A stretch of DNA of 63,994 nt, filler included, from Jimgerdemannia flammicorona (Eukaryota), in NCBI GenBank assembly GCA_003990765.1. It is 3 parts of 3 records of this genome, joined end to end, with 100 filler letters (N's around TTAATTAATTAA, not from the genome) between each part and the next. Parts side by side here need not be neighbours in the genome. Positions count along the whole stretch, not along the records: positions 42,750 to 63,994 come from RBNJ01001497.1; 2 more parts are not named here. One strand, given 5' to 3'. The translations under genes were made by a program, and so were the position numbers. Below, in pieces: positions 61,851 through 63,994 of the stretch (its first letter is position 1; every line of letters begins with the position of its first letter). The notes below the pieces were generated by a model that had not been told where the DNA came from, did not search any database, and was given only the letters and a program-made list of their open reading frames with translations.

Positions 61851-63832
61851 TGCTGAGTTTGGACTGACCTAAGACTGAAGCTCCACTAGCAGGGAGCCTC
61901 TAAGCTCTAAGGTTGAGGTGTGGCCATCTGGCTCCAGTAGAGGGGTCTCAGAGATAGTTGATTCCTCTCTTTTCTGTAGGGTCTAAGGCTTCCATGAAGT
62001 TGGTGGCATCTTCTATCTATCCTTGGTGGGTTGTATATCTGATGAGAGCTTGGATGTCTTCTCCTAAATCAAAGATCTTGAGGATCCTTCTTTCTGGCTT
62101 CTTGGTCTGGCAATTTTGGATCTGGCTTCTATTGTCTCCTCTCTTCAAGGTATGGATTGCAACATCATGACTGAGGTGAATCTTCTGGTGTCTGCAATCT
62201 TAGCAGTTTGGATGTCTTCTATGGTTATAATATTCCATTGCTTAGAAATAATGTTCCCAGTTGTTGATCTCTTATTATCTTGGGAATCAGTATCCATCTT
62301 GGTCATAAGTTGGTGGAAGGGTAGACAGGGGATAGACTTCTGTCTGGGTAAAGAAGTCTTGTCCTCTGAATTGGCTTTACAGCTTGGTGGTAACTTCTTG
62401 GAAGGTAGTTGACTGTGCAACTGTGTTCAGGGGTTCTGGTCTCTGGGGTCTCTGTCTCTTCTGTTGGTCTAATAAATAGCACTGATAGCAGTAGTCTTGG
62501 AGAGAGTAGAAGACCATTTAGTAGTGACATCTTCCTAGCTGAAAGGCCTTTTCTTAGTGAGTTTCTTTCTTGGAGATAATGGTGATTGTGCTGGGTCCTT
62601 CTTCTATATTCCAAGGGTCATTATTTTCAGATAGCATCCAGTGAGGGTCATCCCAGGGAATAAGTTCAGAGATCTCTTCTTCTTTAGATACTTCTTATCC
62701 AGGAACTTCTTGGTCAGAAGTTTCTTCTTCCTCAGATGATTCTTGTCCCCAAATTGCTTGTACTTCTGCAGCTTTGGCTATAGGTATTTCTGGAATATGT
62801 CTGAATTTCTTCTTCCTTTTTCTGCACTCTGGGCAGACTATGCCAGGTGAATTCCTTGTTCCAATAATTTTGGAAAATTCTCAGAGCACTTGTGTCTCAT
62901 GAGGCAGGTGGGGCATCCTTTGATTTCTCCTGCAATGACTCCAATAGTGATAGGGATGGTGTTCTTGGCCCATACATTATCTTCTGGTCTGTCATCCACT
63001 AGGTTAATTTGGGAATTGAGTCTGGGGTCATTTCCATCTTCAGATTCTTCCTCTTCTTCTGTGGTAGATTCTTCACTGCTGGCATATTCTTCTTGGATAG
63101 TGATCTTCTTCTTCTTCTTTAATTGCTCATAGCTGGTCACCTTAACTCTGTACTTCTTGCCTCAGTAGTCAAACTTGAGTACTTGTTGACTGATGTCAAC
63201 AACTGCTTTCATTTCCTTTATCCAGTTGGTGCCAAGAATCATGTCATAGGTGACAGCTTCAGTGACAATAGTTTTGGGAATAGAAAACTGAATGTGTCCT
63301 ATGGAAATAGTAATATTTTGTACTTCTCCAAGGGGTTGAGTTCGGGCTCCATCTGCTACTATGATACTGAGGTTGGATAGTCCATCAATGGGCCATTGGA
63401 GAGTGTCCAGGAATCATTTGGCAATGATACAGACAGCTGCTCCTATATCTATGAGGATTTTCACCTTTTGTCCTCCAATATCTCCATATAGATAAGTGCT
63501 GACATGTCTTTCAGCTGCTTGGACAGAGATGGAAACCAGTTCTTGCTGTGGGATTGGAACTTGGCCAGTGCTGGATCTGGTGGTTCTCAGCAGTTTGTTT
63601 TGGACTCCAGCTGGTATCAGTTATAGGAACTGCAGAAGGGGGACTTCCATCTTGGCCTTTTGAATCTTCTGCAAGGCTTTATTGTCGATGTCTCTAGGTA
63701 TGGTCTTTGGGGTGTACTTCTTTTTAGACTTTGAATAGCAGGCTCCCATTCTTCTTGTTCCATTTCTTCATCTTCTGGTGGTAGCTCATTTGTCTTAGAG
63801 ATAAAAGGTAAAGGAGTCCAGGAAGGTATTTC

Positions 63833-63834
<2 letters not shown>

Positions 63835-63875
<41 letters not shown>

Positions 63876-63975
63876 TCACTTGGACTCCTTCTTTATTTCC
63901 TGTCTATGAATAAGTATACAATATCACCACCCACTATCTGATCCCCATAGGGGGGCCCCTCCCCATCTCTTCATG
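63835..63975 (-). mobile_element. Very short 5'-truncated LINE with ~40-nt poly(A) inserted in Gypsy A3 gag
   Basis: T-run 63835-63874; minus-strand AATAAAGAAGGAGTCCAAGTGAC-poly(A); G-rich GGGGCCCCCCTATGGGGATCAGA resembles other LINE 3' ends. Confidence 0.75.
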
Positions 63976-63994
63976 TATATATTTTTTTTTCTTA

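Larger units (their letters stand above)
56532..63834 (-). mobile_element. Gypsy family A copy 3 (autonomous layout): gag end-PR-spacer-dUTPase-RT-RNaseH-IN-ORF3-3' LTR (56532-58008); 5' part cut by a LINE insertion
   Basis: RT SPWASPILIVPKKGG, PPTFQRMMN, YMDN; IN ERMNQTIKKEL...WD; PPT-like TAGTGGGGACTGA next to the LTR; ATAT at 56528-56531. Confidence 0.95.

Overview
Eukaryotic, almost certainly fungal, repeat-dominated DNA made of three contigs joined by artificial N-TTAATTAATTAA-N linkers (21280-21379, 42650-42749), so adjacency across the gaps is not informative. The only host gene is an intron-containing 20S proteasome beta-7 subunit (PRE4/PSMB4-type, 19943->21153, last exon lost in the gap), sitting in the one clearly CpG-rich island. 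The rest is decayed retrotransposons: at least five large copies and several fragments of a G-rich L1/Tx1-like LINE (three nested head-to-tail), two distinct Ty3/Gypsy families (A, minus strand, three copies plus an LTR remnant; B, plus strand, one full-length copy plus LTR remnants), a Copia gag-protease fragment, and a two-copy poly(A)-tailed element of unknown content. The most unusual system is the pair of 'complex' Gypsy families: both carry a dUTPase between protease and RT and both sit in ATAT targets. Family A has an extra ORF between integrase and PPT, with a possible counterpart in B, and family B has a ~285-codon relic ORF inside its LTR. Repeats show near-total CpG loss and, in older copies, apparent CpA->TpA decay. 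All alignments and translations were done by eye; most element boundaries are approximate.
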